Assembly: GCF_964355755.1 (NCBI RefSeq)
Contig: NW_027306095.1
Coordinates: forward strand, 186,001-250,000
Origin: Antedon mediterranea
Lineage: Eukaryota > Animalia > Echinodermata
Reading direction: 5' to 3'
DNA: 64,000 bases
This document shows positions 48,080 through 62,914 of the stretch, piece by piece. The notes below the pieces were generated by a model that did not search any database, was not told the DNA's origin, and saw nothing but the letters and a program-made list of their open reading frames with translations. Every line of letters begins with the position of its first letter. Position 1 is the stretch's first letter. Position numbers and translations under genes: made by a program.

Positions 48080-51000
48080 CCAGTTTCATCGAAATGTACA
48101 AAATTGTCAAAAACGTCTCTAAATGCGATTTGAAGCTATTTTGTGCACTTTGTCGTTTTTGTGTGAAAAGTTTTTTCGAATTGCACAAAATGGTCTAAAA
48201 CGTCTCCAATTGCGATTTGAAGTTATTTTGTGCACTTTGATGTTTTGTGTGAAAAGTTTTATCGAAATGCTCAAAATGGTCTAAAACGGTTTCAAATGTG
48301 ATTTTAAGCACTTTGATATTTTTGTATAATCAAGTTAAATCGAAATAGACAAAATGGTCTAAAACGTCTGCAAATGCGATTTAAAGCTATTTTGTGCACT
48401 TTAATGTTTTGTGTGAAAAGTTTTATCGAAATTCTCAAAATGGTCTAAAACGGCTTCAAATGTGATTTTAAGCACTTTGATGTTTTTGTGTAATCAAGTT
48501 TCATCGAAAAGCACAAAATGGTTTAAAACGTCTGCAAACGCGATTTGAAGCTATTTTGTGCACTTTGATGTTTTTGTGTGAAAAGTTTCATCGAAATGCA
48601 CAAAATTGTCTAAAACGTTTCCAAATACGATATTAAGCTATTGTATGCACTTTGATGTTTTTGAGTGAAAAGTTTTTTCGAAATGCACAAAATCGTCTAA
48701 AACGTCTCCTAATGCGATTTGAAGCTATTTTGTGCACTTTGATGTTTTTTTCTGAAAAGTTTCATCGAAATGCACAAAATGGTCTAAAACGTCTCTAAAT
48801 GCGATTTGAAGCTATTTTGTGCACTTTGATGTTTTTGTGTGAAAAGTTTCATCGAAATGCACAAAATGGTCTAAAACGTCTCTAAATGCGATTTGAAGTT
48901 ATTTTGTGCACTTTGATGTTTTGTGTGAAAAGTTTTATCGAAATGCTCAAAATGGTCTAAAACGGTTTCAAATGTGATTTTAAGCACTTTGATATTTTTG
49001 TGTAATCAAGTTTCATCGAAATGCACAAAATGGTCTAAAACGTCTCCAAATGCGATTTGAAGCTATTTTGTGCACTTTAATGTTTTGTGTGAAAAGTTTT
49101 ATCGAAATTCTCAAAATGGTCTAAAACGGTTTCAAATGTGATTTTAAGCACTTTGATGTTTTTGTGTAATCAAGTTTCATCGAAATGCACAAAATGGTTT
49201 AAAACGTCTGCAAATGCGATTTGAAGCTATTTTGTGCACTTTGATGTTTTTGTGTGAAAAGTTTCATCGAAATGCACAAAATTGTCTAAAACGTTTCCAA
49301 ATACGATATTAAGCTATTGTATGCACTTTGATGTTTTTGAGTGAAAAGTTTTTTCGAAATGCACAAAATGGTCTAAAACGTCTCCAAATGCGATTTGGAG
49401 CTCTTTTGTGCACTTTGATGTTTTGTGTAAAAAGTTTGCTATTTTGTGCACTTTAATGTTTTGTGTGAAAAGTTTTATCGAAATGCTCAAAATTGTCTAA
49501 AACGGTTTCAAATGTGATTTTAAGCACTTTGATATTTTTGTGTAATCAAGTTTTTTCGAAATGCACAACATGGTCTAAAACGTCTCCAAATGCGATTTGA
49601 AGCTATTTTGTGCACTTTGATGTTTTTGTGTGAAAAGTTTCATCGAAATGCACAAAATGGTCTAAAACGTCTCTAAATGCGATTTAAAGCTATTTTGTGC
49701 ACTTTGTCGTTTTTGTGTGAAAAGTTTCATCGAAATGCTCAAAATGGTCTAAAACGTCTCCAAATGCGATTTGAAGCTATTTTGTGCACTTTGTCGTTTT
49801 TGTGTGAAAAGTTTCATCGAAATGCTCAAAATGGTCTAAAACGTCTCTAAATGCGATTTGAAGCTATTTTGTGCACTTTGATGTTTTTTTGTGAAAAGTT
49901 TCATCGAAATGCACAAAATGGTCTAAAACGTCTCTAAATGCGATTTGAAGCTATTTTGAGCACTTTGATGTTTTTGTGTGAAAAGTTTCATCGAAATGCA
50001 CAAAATGGTCTAAAAAGTCTCTAAATGCGATTTGAAGCTATTTTGTGCACTTTGATGTTTTTTTGTGAAAAGTTTCTTCGAAATGCACAAAATGGTCTAA
50101 AACGTCTCTAAATGCGATTTGAAGCTATTTTGTGCACTTTGTCGTTTTTGTGTGAAAAGTTTCATCGAAATGCTCAAAATGGTCTAAAACGTCTCCAAAT
50201 GCGATTTGAAGCAATTTTGTGCACTTTGATGTTTTTGTGTGAAAAGTTTCATCGAAATGCACAAAATGGTCTAAAACGTCTGCAAATGCGATTTGAAGCT
50301 ATTTTGTGCACTTTGATGTTTTGTGTAATCCAGTTTCATCGAAATGTACAAAATTGTCTAAAACGTCTCTAAATGCGATTTGAAGCTATTTTGTGCACTT
50401 TGTCGTTTTTGTGTGAAAAGTTTTTTCGAAATGCACAAAATGGTCTAAAACGTCTCTAAATGCGATTTGAAGCTATTTTGTGCACTTTGTCGTTTTTGTG
50501 TGAAAAGTTTCATCGAAATGCTCAAAATGGTCTAAAACGTCTCCAAATGCGATTTGAAGCTATTTTGTGCACTTTGATGTTTTTGTGTGAAAAGTTTCAT
50601 CGAAATGCACAAAATGGTCTAAAACGTCTCCAAATATGATATTAAGCTATTGTATGCACTTTGTTGTTTTTATCTGAAAAGTTTTCACGAAATGCACAAA
50701 ATGATCTAAAACGTCTCTAAATGCGATTTGAAGTTATTTTGTGCACTTTAATGTTTTGTGTGAAAAGTTTTATCGAAAAGCACAAAATGGTCTAAAACGT
50801 CTCCAAATGCGATTTGAAGCTATTTTGTGCACTTTGATGTTTTGTGTGAAAAGTTTCACCAAAATGCAAAAAATGGTCTAAAACGTCTCCAAATCCGTTT
50901 TGAAGCTAATCTAAGCACTTTGATGTTTTTATGTTAAACAGGTTTTTTCGAAATGCACAAAATGGTCTAAAACGTCTCCAAATACGATTTGAAGCTCTTT

Positions 51001-51640
51001 TGTGCACTTTGATGTTTTGTGTAATAAGTTTTATAGAAACGCACAAAATGGTCTAAAACGGTTTCAAATGTGATTTTAAGCACTTTGATATTTTTGTTTA
51101 ACCAAGTTTCATCGAAATGCACAAAATGGTCTAAAACGTCTCCAAATGCGATTTGAAGCTGTTTTTGTGTGAAAAGTTTTTTCGAAATACACAAAATGGT
51201 CTAAAACGTCTCCAAATGCGATTTGGAGCTCTTTTGTGCACTTTGATGTTTTGTGTCAAAAGTTTTATAGAAATGCTCGAAATGGTCTAAAACGGTATCA
51301 AATGTGATTTTAAGCACTTTCATGTTTTTGTGTAGCCAAGTTTCATCGAAATGCACAAAAAAATCTAAAACGTCTCCAAATGCGATTTAAAGCTATTTTG
51401 TGCACTTTAATATTTTGTGTGAAAAGTTTTATCGAAATTCTCAAAATGGTCTAAAACGGTTTCAAATGTGATTTTAAGCACTTTGATGTTTTTGTGTTAT
51501 CAAGTTTCATCGAAATGCACAAAATGGTTTAAAACGTCTGCAAATGCGATTTGAAGCTATTTTGTGCACTTTGATGTTTTGTGTAATCCAGTTTCATCGA
51601 AATGTACAAAATTGTCTAAAACGTCTCTAAATGCGATTTG
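48080..51640 (+). repeat. Copy 2 of the 11-kb-offset duplicated segment, including diverged island copy 2 (~50618-51418)
   Basis: Colinear with 37070-40620 and shares its rare variants. Confidence 0.88.
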
Positions 51641-54600
51641 AAGCTATTTTGTGCACTTTGTCGTTTTTGTGTGAAAAGTTTCATCGAAATGCTCAAAATG
51701 GTCTAAAACGTCTCCAAAAGCGATTTGAAGCTATTTTGTGCACTTTGATGTTTTTGTGTGAAAAGTTTCATCGAAATGCACAAAATGGTCTTAAACGGTT
51801 TCAAATGTGATTTTAAGCACTTTGATATTTTTGTGTAATCAAGTTTTTTCGAAATGCACAAAATGGTCTAAAACGTCTCCAAATGCGATTTAAAGCTATT
51901 TTGTGCACTTTAATGTTTTGTGTGAAAAGTTTTATCGAAATGCTCAAAATGGTCTAAAACGGTTTCAAATGTGATTTTAAGCACCTTGATGTTTTTGTGT
52001 AATCAAGTTTCATCGAAATGCACAAAATGGTTTAAAACGTCTGCAAATGCGATTTGAAGCTATTTTGTGCACTTTGATGTTTTTTGTAATCCAGTTTCAT
52101 CGAAATGTACAAAATTGTCTAAAACGTCTCTAAATGCGATTTGAAGCTATTTTGTGCACTTTGTCGTTTTTATGTGAAAAGTTTCATCGAAATGCTCAAA
52201 ATGGTCTAAAACGTCTACAAATGCGATTTGAAGCTATTTTGTGCACTTTGATGTTTTTGTGTGAAAAGTTTCATCGAAATGCACAAAATGGTCTAAAACG
52301 GTTTCAAATGTGATTTTAAGCACTTTGATATTTTTGTGTAATCAAGTTTTTTCGAAATGCACAAAATGGTCTAAAACGTCTCCAATTGCGATTTGAAGTT
52401 ATTTTGTGCACTTTGATGTTTTGTGTGAAAAGTTTTATCGAAATGCTCAAAATGGTCTAAAACGGTTTCAAATGTGATTTTAAGCACTTTGATATTTTTG
52501 TGTAATCAAGTTTCATCGAAATGCACAAAATGGTTTAAAACGTCTGCAAATGCGATTTGAAGCTATTTTGTGCACTTTGATGTTTTTGTGTGAAAAGTTT
52601 CATCGAAATGCACAAAATTGTCTAAAACGTTTCCAAATACGATATTAAGCTATTGTATGCACTTTGATGTTTTTGAGTGAAAAGTTTTTCGAAATGCACA
52701 AAATGGTCTAAAACGTCTCCAAATGCGATTTGGAGCTATTTTGTGCACTTTGATGTTTTGTGTAAAAAGTTTGCTATTTTGTGCACTTTAATGTTTTGTG
52801 TGAAAAGTTTTATCGAAATGCTCAAAATTGTCTAAAACGGTTTCAAATGTGATTTTAAGCACTTTGATATTTTTGTGTAATCAAGTTTTTTCGAAATGCA
52901 CAACATGGTCTAAAACGTCTCCAAATGCGATTTGAAGCTATTTTGTGCACTTTGATGTTTTTGTGTGAAAAGTTTCATCGAAATGCACAAAATGGTCTAA
53001 AACGTCTCTAAATGCGATTTAAAGCTATTTTGTGCACTTTGTCGTTTTTGTGTGAAAAGTTTCATCGAAATGCTCAAAATGGTTTAAAACGTCTGCAAAT
53101 GCGATTTGAAGCTATTTTGTGCACTTTGATGTTTTGTGTAATCCAGTTTCATCGAAATGTAAAAAATTGTCTAAAACGTCTCTAAATGCGATTTGAAGCT
53201 ATTTTGTGCACTTTGTCGTTTTTGTGTGAAAAGTTTCATCGAAATGCTCAAAATTGTCTAAAACGTCTCCAAATGCGATTTGAAGCTATTTTGTGCACTT
53301 TAATGTTTTGTGTGAAAAGTTTTATCGAAATGCTCAAAATGGTCTAAAACGGTTTCAAATGTGATTTTAAGCACCTTGATGTTTTTGTGTAATCAAGTTT
53401 CATCGAAATGCACAAAATGGTTTAAAACGTCTGCAAATGCGATTTGAAGCTATTTTGTGCACTTTGATGTTTTTTGTAATCCAGTTTCATCGAAATGTAC
53501 AAAATTGTCTAAAACGTCTCTAAATGCGATTTGAAGCTATTTTGTGCACTTTGTCGTTTTTATGTGAAAAGTTTCATCGAAATGCTCAAAATGGTCTAAA
53601 ACGTCTACAAATGCGATTTGAAGCTATTTTGTGCACTTTGATGTTTTTGTGTGAAAAGTTTCATCGAAATGCACAAAATGGTCTAAAACGGTTTCAATTG
53701 CGATTTGAAGTTATTTTGTGCACTTTGATGTTTTGTGTGAAAAGTTTTATCGAAATGCTCAAAATGGTCTAAAACGGTTTCAAATGTGATTTTAAGCACT
53801 TTGATATTTTTGTGTAATCAAGTTTCATCGAAATGCACAAAATGGTCTAAAACGTCTGCAAATGCGATTTAAAGCTATTTTGTGCACTTTAATGTTTTGT
53901 GTGAAAAGTTTTATCGAAATTCTCAAAATGGTCTAAAACGGTTTCAAATGTGATTTTAAGCACTTTGATGTTTTTGTGTAATCAAGTTTCATCGAAATGC
54001 ACAAAATGGTTTAAAACGTCTGCAAATGGGATTTGAAGCTATTTTGTGCACTTTGATGTTTTGTGTAATCCAGTTTCATCGAAATGTACAAAATTGTCTA
54101 AAACCTCTCAAAATGCGATTTGAAGCTATTTTGTGCACTTTGATGTTTTTGTGTGAAAAGTTTCATCGAAATGCACAAAATTGTCTAAAACGTCTCTAAA
54201 TGCGATTTGAAGCTATTTTGTGCACTTTGTCGTTTTTGTGTGAAAAGTTTTTTCGAAATGCACAAAATGGTCTAAAACGTCTCCAAATGCGATTTGAAGC
54301 AATTTTGTGCACTTTGATGTTTTGTGTAATCCAGTTTCATCGAAATGTACAAAATTGTCTAAAACGTCTCTAAATGCGATTTGAAGCTATTTTGTGCACT
54401 TTGTCGTTTTTGTGTGAAAAGTTTTTTCGAAATGCACAAAATGGTCTAAAACGTCTCCAATTGCGATTTGAAGTTATTTTGTGCACTTTGATGTTTTGTG
54501 TGAAAAGTTTTATCGAAATGCTCAAAATTGTCTAAAACGGTTTCAAATGTGATTTTAAGCACTTTGATATTTTTGTGTAATCAAGTTTCATCGAAATGCA

Positions 54601-57600
54601 CAAAATGTTCTAAAACGTCTGCAAATGCGATTTGAAGCTATTTTGTGCACTTTGTCGTTTTTGTGTGAAAAGTTTTTTCGAAATGCACAAAATGGTCTAA
54701 AACGTCTCCAAATGCGATTTGAAGCAATTTTGTGCACTTTGATGTTTTGTGTAATCCAGTTTCATCGAAATGTACAAAATTGTCTAAAACGTCTCTAAAT
54801 GCGATTTGAAGCTATTTTGTGCACTTTGTCGTTTTTGTGTGAAAAGTTTTTTCGAAATGCACAAAATGGTCTAAAACGTCTCCAATTGCGATTTGAAGTT
54901 ATTTTGTGCACTTTGATGTTTTGTGTGAAAAGTTTTATCGAAATGCTCAAAATTGTCTAAAACGGTTTCAAATGTGATTTTAAGCACTTTGATATTTTTG
55001 TGTAATCAAGTTTCATCGAAATGCACAAAATGGTATAAAACGTCTGCAAATGCGATTTAAAGCTATTTTGTGCACTTTAATGTTTTGTGTGAAAAGTTTT
55101 ATCGAAATTCTCAAAATGGTCTAAAACGGTTTCAAATGTGATTTTAAGCACTTTGATGTTTTTGTGTAATCAAGTTTCATCAAAATGCACAAAATGGTTT
55201 AAAACGTCTGCAAATGCGATTTGAAGCTATTTTGTGCACTTTGATGTTTTGTGTAATCCAGTTTCATCGAAATGTACAAAATTGTCTAAAACGTCTCTAA
55301 ATGCGATTTGAAGCTATTTTGTGCACTTTGTCGTTTTTGTGTGAAAAGTTTCATCGAAATGCTCAAAATGGTCTAAAACGTCTCCAAAAGCGATTTGAAG
55401 CTATTTTGTGCACTTTGATGTTTTTGTGTGAAAAGTTTCATCGAAATGCACAAAATGGTCTTAAACGGTTTCAAATGTGATTTTAAGCACTTTGATATTT
55501 TTGTGTAATCAAGTTTTTTCGAAATGCACAAAATGGTCTAAAACGTCTCCAAATGCGATTTAAAGCTATTTTGTGCACTTTAATGTTTTGTGTGAAAAGT
55601 TTTATCGAAATGCTCAAAATGGTCTAAAACGGTTTCAAATGTGATTTTAAGCACCTTGATGTTTTTGTGTAATCAAGTTTCATCGAAATGCACAAAATGG
55701 TTTAAAACGTCTGCAAATGCGATTTGAAGCTATTTTGTGCACTTTGATGTTTTTTGTAATCCAGTTTCATCGAAATGTACAAAATTGTCTAAAACGTCTC
55801 TAAATGCGATTTGAAGCTATTTTGTGCACTTTGTCGTTTTTATGTGAAAAGTTTCATCGAAATGCTCAAAATGGTCTAAAACGTCTACAAATGCGATTTG
55901 AAGCTATTTTGTGCACTTTGATGTTTTTGTGTGAAAAGTTTCATCGAAATGCACAAAATGGTCTAAAACGGTTTCAAATGTGATTTTAAGCACTTTGATA
56001 TTTTTGTGTAATCAAGTTTTTTCGAAATGCACAAAATGGTCTAAAACGTCTCCAATTGCGATTTGAAGTTATTTTGTGCACTTTGATGTTTTGTGTGAAA
56101 AGTTTTATCGAAATGCTCAAAATGGTCTAAAACGGTTTCAAATGTGATTTTAAGCACTTTGATATTTTTGTGTAATCAAGTTTCATCGAAATGCACAAAA
56201 TGGTTTAAAACGTCTGCAAATGCGATTTGAAGCTATTTTGTGCACTTTGATGTTTTTGTGTGAAAAGTTTCATCGAAATGCACAAAATTGTCTAAAACGT
56301 TTCCAAATACGATATTAAGCTATTGTATGCACTTTGATGTTTTTGAGTGAAAAGTTTTTCGAAATGCACAAAATGGTCTAAAACGTCTCCAAATGCGATT
56401 TGGAGCTATTTTGTGCACTTTGATGTTTTGTGTAAAAAGTTTGCTATTTTGTGCACTTTAATGTTTTGTGTGAAAAGTTTTATCGAAATGCTCAAAATTG
56501 TCTAAAACGGTTTCAAATGTGATTTTAAGCACTTTGATATTTTTGTGTAATCAAGTTTTTTCGAAATGCACAACATGGTCTAAAACGTCTCCAAATGCGA
56601 TTTGAAGCTATTTTGTGCACTTTGATGTTTTTGTGTGAAAAGTTTCATCGAAATGCACAAAATGGTCTAAAACGTCTCTAAATGCGATTTAAAGCTATTT
56701 TGTGCACTTTGTCGTTTTTGTGTGAAAAGTTTCATCGAAATGCTCAAAATGGTTTAAAACGTCTGCAAATGCGATTTGAAGCTATTTTGTGCACTTTGAT
56801 GTTTTGTGTAATCCAGTTTCATCGAAATGTAAAAAATTGTCTAAAACGTCTCTAAATGCGATTTGAAGCTATTTTGTGCACTTTGTCGTTTTTGTGTGAA
56901 AAGTTTCATCGAAATGCTCAAAATTGTCTAAAACGTCTCCAAATGCGATTTGAAGCTATTTTGTGCACTTTAATGTTTTGTGTGAAAAGTTTTATCGAAA
57001 TGCTCAAAATGGTCTAAAACGGTTTCAAATGTGATTTTAAGCACCTTGATGTTTTTGTGTAATCAAGTTTCATCGAAATGCACAAAATGGTTTAAAACGT
57101 CTGCAAATGCGATTTGAAGCTATTTTGTGCACTTTGATGTTTTTTGTAATCCAGTTTCATCGAAATGTACAAAATTGTCTAAAACGTCTCTAAATGCGAT
57201 TTGAAGCTATTTTGTGCACTTTGTCGTTTTTATGTGAAAAGTTTCATCGAAATGCTCAAAATGGTCTAAAACGTCTACAAATGCGATTTGAAGCTATTTT
57301 GTGCACTTTGATGTTTTTGTGTGAAAAGTTTCATCGAAATGCACAAAATGGTCTAAAACGGTTTCAATTGCGATTTGAAGTTATTTTGTGCACTTTGATG
57401 TTTTGTGTGAAAAGTTTTATCGAAATGCTCAAAATGGTCTAAAACGGTTTCAAATGTGATTTTAAGCACTTTGATATTTTTGTGTAATCAAGTTTCATCG
57501 AAATGCACAAAATGGTCTAAAACGTCTGCAAATGCGATTTAAAGCTATTTTGTGCACTTTAATGTTTTGTGTGAAAAGTTTTATCGAAATTCTCAAAATG

Positions 57601-58480
57601 GTCTAAAACGGTTTCAAATGTGATTTTAAGCACTTTGATGTTTTTGTGTAATCAAGTTTCATCGAAATGCACAAAATGGTTTAAAACGTCTGCAAATGGG
57701 ATTTGAAGCTATTTTGTGCACTTTGATGTTTTGTGTAATCCAGTTTCATCGAAATGTACAAAATTGTCTAAAACCTCTCAAAATGCGATTTGAAGCTATT
57801 TTGTGCACTTTGATGTTTTTGTGTGAAAAGTTTCATCGAAATGCACAAAATTGTCTAAAACGTCTCTAAATGCGATTTGAAGCTATTTTGTGCACTTTGT
57901 CGTTTTTGTGTGAAAAGTTTTTTCGAAATGCACAAAATGGTCTAAAACGTCTCCAAATGCGATTTGAAGCAATTTTGTGCACTTTGATGTTTTGTGTAAT
58001 CCAGTTTCATCGAAATGTACAAAATTGTCTAAAACGTCTCTAAATGCGATTTGAAGCTATTTTGTGCACTTTGTCGTTTTTGTGTGAAAAGTTTTTTCGA
58101 AATGCACAAAATGGTCTAAAACGTCTCCAATTGCGATTTGAAGTTATTTTGTGCACTTTGATGTTTTGTGTGAAAAGTTTTATCGAAATGCTCAAAATTG
58201 TCTAAAACGGTTTCAAATGTGATTTTAAGCACTTTGATATTTTTGTGTAATCAAGTTTCATCGAAATGCACAAAATGGTATAAAACGTCTGCAAATGCGA
58301 TTTAAAGCTATTTTGTGCACTTTAATGTTTTGTGTGAAAAGTTTTATCGAAATTCTCAAAATGGTCTAAAACGGTTTCAAATGTGATTTTAAGCACTTTG
58401 ATGTTTTTGTGTAATCAAGTTTCATCAAAATGCACAAAATGGTTTAAAACGTCTGCAAATGCGATTTGAAGCTATTTTGT
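51510..58480 (+). repeat. Tandem duplication with 3670-bp period
   Basis: TCTCCAAAAG 51711/55381, CAAAATGGTCTTAAAC 51781/55451, TGCAAATGGG 54021/57691, ORFs 53524/57194. The first copy has an extra 425 bp (TGGTATAAAA at 55031/58276). Confidence 0.9.
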
Positions 58481-59410
58481 GCACTTTGATGTTTTTTTGT
58501 GAAAAGTTTCATCGAAATGCACAAAATTGTCTAAAACGTCTCCAAATACGATATTAAGCTATTGTATGCACTTTGATGTTTTTGAGTGAAAAGTTTTTTC
58601 GAAATGCACAAAATGTTCTAAAACGTCTCCAAATGCGATTTGGAGCTCTTTTGTGCACTTTAATTTTTTTTGTGTAAAAAGTTTGCTATTTTGTGCACTT
58701 TTAATGTTTTGTGTGAAAAGTTTTATCGAAATGCTCAAAATTGTCTAAAACGGTTTCAAATGTGATTTTAAGCACTTTGATATTTTTGTGTAATCAAGTT
58801 TTTTCGAAATGCACAACATGGTCTAAAACGTCTCCAAATGCGATTTGAAGCTATTTTGTGCACTTTGATGTTTTTGTGTGAAAAGTTTCATCGAAATGCA
58901 CAAAATGGTCTAAAACGTCTCTAAATGCGATTTGAAGCTATTTTGTGCACTTTGATGTTTTTGTGTGAAAAGTTTCATCGAAATGCACAAAATGGTCTAA
59001 AACGTCTCTAAATGCGATTTGAAGATATTTTGTGCACTTTGTCGTTTTTGTGTGAAAAGTTTTTTCGAAATGCACAAAATGGTCTAAAACGTCTCCAAAT
59101 GCGATTTGAAGCAATTTTGTGCACTTTGATGTTTTGTGTAATCCAGTTTCATCGAAATGAACAAAATTATCTAAAACGTCTCTAAATGCGATTTGAAGCT
59201 ATTTTGTGCACTTTGTCATTTTTGTGTGAAAAGTTTCATCGAAATGCACAAAATGGTCTAAAACGTCTCCAATTGCGATTTGAAGCTATTTTGTGCACTT
59301 TGATGTTTTTTTGTGAAAAGTTTCATCGAAATGCACAAAATGGTCTAAAACGTCTCTAAATGCGATTTGAAGCTATTTTGTGCACTTTGTCGTTTTTGTG
59401 TGAAAAGTTT

Positions 59411-59430
59411 CATCGAAATGCATTTCGATG
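59411..59430. other. Convergent inversion junction 2, identical to junction 1
   Basis: CATCGAAATG|CATTTCGATG followed by the same TAACTTGATTACAC as at 42754. Confidence 0.97.
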
Positions 59431-60734
59431 TAACTTGATTACACAAAAATATCAAAGTGCTTAAAATCACATTTGAAACCGTTTTAGACCATTTTGAGCA
59501 TTTCGATAAAACTTTTCACACAAAACATCAAAGTGCACAAAATAACTTCAAATCGCAATTGGAGACGTTTTAGACCATTTTGTGCATTTCGATGAAACTT
59601 TTCACACAAAAACGACAAAGTGCACAAAATAGCTTCAAATCGCATTTAGAGACGTTTTAGACAATTTTGTACATTTCGATGAAACTGGATTACACAAAAC
59701 ATCAAAGTGCACAAAATTGCTTCAAATCGCATTTGGAGACGTTTTAGACCATTTTGTGCATTTCGAAAAAACTTTTCACACAAAAACGACAAAGTGCACA
59801 AAATAGCTTCAAATCGCATTTGCAGACGTTTTAGAACATTTTGTGCATTTCGATGAAACTTTTCACACAAAAACATCAAAGTGCACAAAATTGCTTCAAA
59901 TCGCATTTGGAGACGTTTTAGACCATTTTGAGCAATTCGATGAAACTTTTCACACAAAAACGACAAAGTGCACAAAATAGCTTCAAATCGCATTTAGAGA
60001 CGTTTTAGACAATTTTGTGCCTTTCGATGAAACTTTTCACAAAAAAACATCAAAGTGCACAAAATAGCTTCAAATCGCATTTGCAGACGTTTTAGACCAT
60101 TTTGTGCATTTCGATGAAACTTTTCACACAAAAACATCAAAGTGCACAAAATTGCTTCAAATCGCATTTAGAGACGTTTTAGACCATTTTGTGCATTTCG
60201 ATGAAACTTTTCACACAAAAACATCAAAGTGCACAAAATAGCTTCAAATCGCATTTGCAGACGTTTTAGACCATTTTGTGCATTTCGATGAAACTTTTCA
60301 CACAAAAACGACAAAGTGCACAAAATATCTTCAAATCGCATTTGGAGACGTTTTAGACCATTTTGAGCATTTCGATGAAACTTTTCACACAAAAACGACA
60401 AAGTGCACAAAATAGCTTCAAATCGCATTTAGAGACGTTTTAGACCATTTTGTGCATTTCGATGAAACTTTTCACAAAAAAACATCAAAGTGCACTAAAT
60501 AGCTTCAAATCGCATTTAGAGACGTTTTAGACCATTTTGTGCATTTCGATGAAACTTTTCAGAAAAAAACATCAAAGTGCACAAAATAGCTTCAAATCGC
60601 ATTTGGAGACGTTTTAGACCATTTTGAGCATTTCGATGAAACTTTTCACACAAAAACGACAAAGTGCACAAAATAGCTTCAAATCGCATTTAGAGACGTT
60701 TTAGACCATTTTGTGCATTTCGATGAAACTTTTC

Positions 60735-61985
60735 ACACAAAAACATCAAAGTGCACAAAATAGCTTCAAATCGCATTTAGAGACGTTTTAGACCATTTTG
60801 TGTATTTCGATGAAACTTTTCACACAAAAACATCAAAGTGCACAAAATAGCTTCAAATCGCATTTGGAGACGTTTTAGACCATGTTGTGCATTTTGAAAA
60901 AACTTGATTACACAAAAATATCAAAGTGCTTAAAATCACATTTGAAACCGTTTTAGACAATTTTGAGCATTTCGATAAAACTTTTCACACAAAACATTAA
61001 AGTGCACAAAATAGCAAACTTTTTACACAAAACATCAAAGTGCACAAAAGAGCTCCAAATCGCATTGGGAGACGTTTTAGACCATTTTGTGCATTTCAAA
61101 AAAACTTTTCACTCAAAAACATCAAAGTGCATACAATAGCTTAATATCGTATTTGGAGACGTTTTAGACAATTTTGTGCATTTCGATGAAACTTTTCACA
61201 CAAAAACATCAAAGTGCACAAAATAGCTTCAAATCGCATTTGCAGACGTTTTAAACCATTTTGTGCATTTCGATGAAACTTGATTACACAAAACATCAAA
61301 GTGCTTAAAATCACATTTGAAACCGTTTTAGACCATTTTGAGAATTTCGATAAAACTTTACACACAAAAACATCAAAGTGCACAAAATAGCTTCAAATCG
61401 CATTTAGAGACGTTTTAGACCATTTTGTGTATTTCGATGAAACTTTTCACACAAAAACATCAAAGTGCACAAAATAGCTTCAAATCGCATTTGGAGACGT
61501 TTTAGACCATGTTGTGCATTTCGAAAAAACTTGATTACACAAAAATATCAAAGTGCTTAAAATCACATTTGAAACCGTTTTAGACAATTTTGAGCATTTC
61601 GATAAAACTTTTCACACAAAACATTAAAGTGCACAAAATAGCAAACTTTTTACACAAAACATCAAAGTGCACAAAAGAGCTCCAAATCGCATTGGGAGAC
61701 GTTTTAGACCATTTTGTGCATTTCGAAAAAACTTTTCACTCAAAAACATCAAAGTGCATACAAGAGCTTAATATCGTATTTGGAGACGTTTTAGACAATT
61801 TTGTGCATTTCGATGAAACTTTTCACACAAAAACATCAAAGTGCACAAAATAGCTTCAAATCGCATTTGCAGACGTTTTAAACCATTTTGTGCATTTCGA
61901 TGAAACTTGATTACACAAAAACATCAAAGTGCTTAAAATCTCATTTGAAACCGTTTTAGACCATTTTGAGAATTTCGATAAAACT
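60735..61985 (-). repeat. Tandem duplication with 627-bp period
   Basis: TGTATTTCGA at 60801/61428 and CGCATTGGGA at 61061/61688. Confidence 0.82.
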
Positions 61986-62914
61986 TTTCACACAAAACAT
62001 TAAAGTGCACAAAATAGCTTTAAATCGCATTTGCAGACGTTTTAGACCATTTTGTGCATTTCGATGAAACTTGATTACACAAAAATATCAAAGTGCTTAA
62101 AATCACATTTGAAACCGTTTTAGACCATTTTGAGCATTTCGATAAAACTTTTCACACAAAACATCAAAGTGCACAAAATAACTTCAAATCGCAATTGGAG
62201 ACGTTTTAGACCATTTTGTGCATTTCGAAAAAACTTTTCACACAAAAACGACAAAGTGCACAAAATAGCTTCAAATCGCATTTGCAGACGTTTTAGACCA
62301 TTTTGTGCATTTCGATGAAACTTTTCACACAAAAACATCAAAGTGCACAAAATTGCTTCAAATCGCATTTGGAGACGTTTTAGACCATTTTGAGCATTTC
62401 GATGAAACTTTTCACACAAAAACGACAAAGTGCACAAAATAGCTTCAAATCGCATTTAGAGACGTTTTAGACAATTTTGTGCATTTCGATGAAACTTTTC
62501 ACAAAAAAACATCAAAGTGCACAAAATAGCTTCAAATCGCATTTAGAGACGTTTTAGACCATTTTGTGCATTTCGATGAAACTTTTCACAAAAAAACATC
62601 AAAGTGCACAAAATAGCTTCAAATCGCATTTAGAGACGTTTTAGACCATTTTGTGCATTTCGATGAAACTTTTCACACAAAAACATCAAAGTGCACAAAA
62701 TAGCTTCAAATCGCATTTAGAGACGTTTTAGACCATTTTGTGCATTTCGATGAAACTTTTCACAAAAAAACATCAAAGTGCACAAAATAGCTTCAAATCG
62801 CATTTGGAGACGTTTTAGACCATTTTGAGCATTTCGATGAAACTTGATTACACAAAAATATCAAAGTGCTTAAAATCACATTTGAAACCGTTTTAGACCA
62901 TTTTGAGCATTTCG

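Larger units (their letters stand above)
44870..59420 (+). repeat. 87-bp satellite, forward-orientation block 2
   Basis: Head-to-tail forward monomers of the same variant classes as block 1. Confidence 0.97.
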
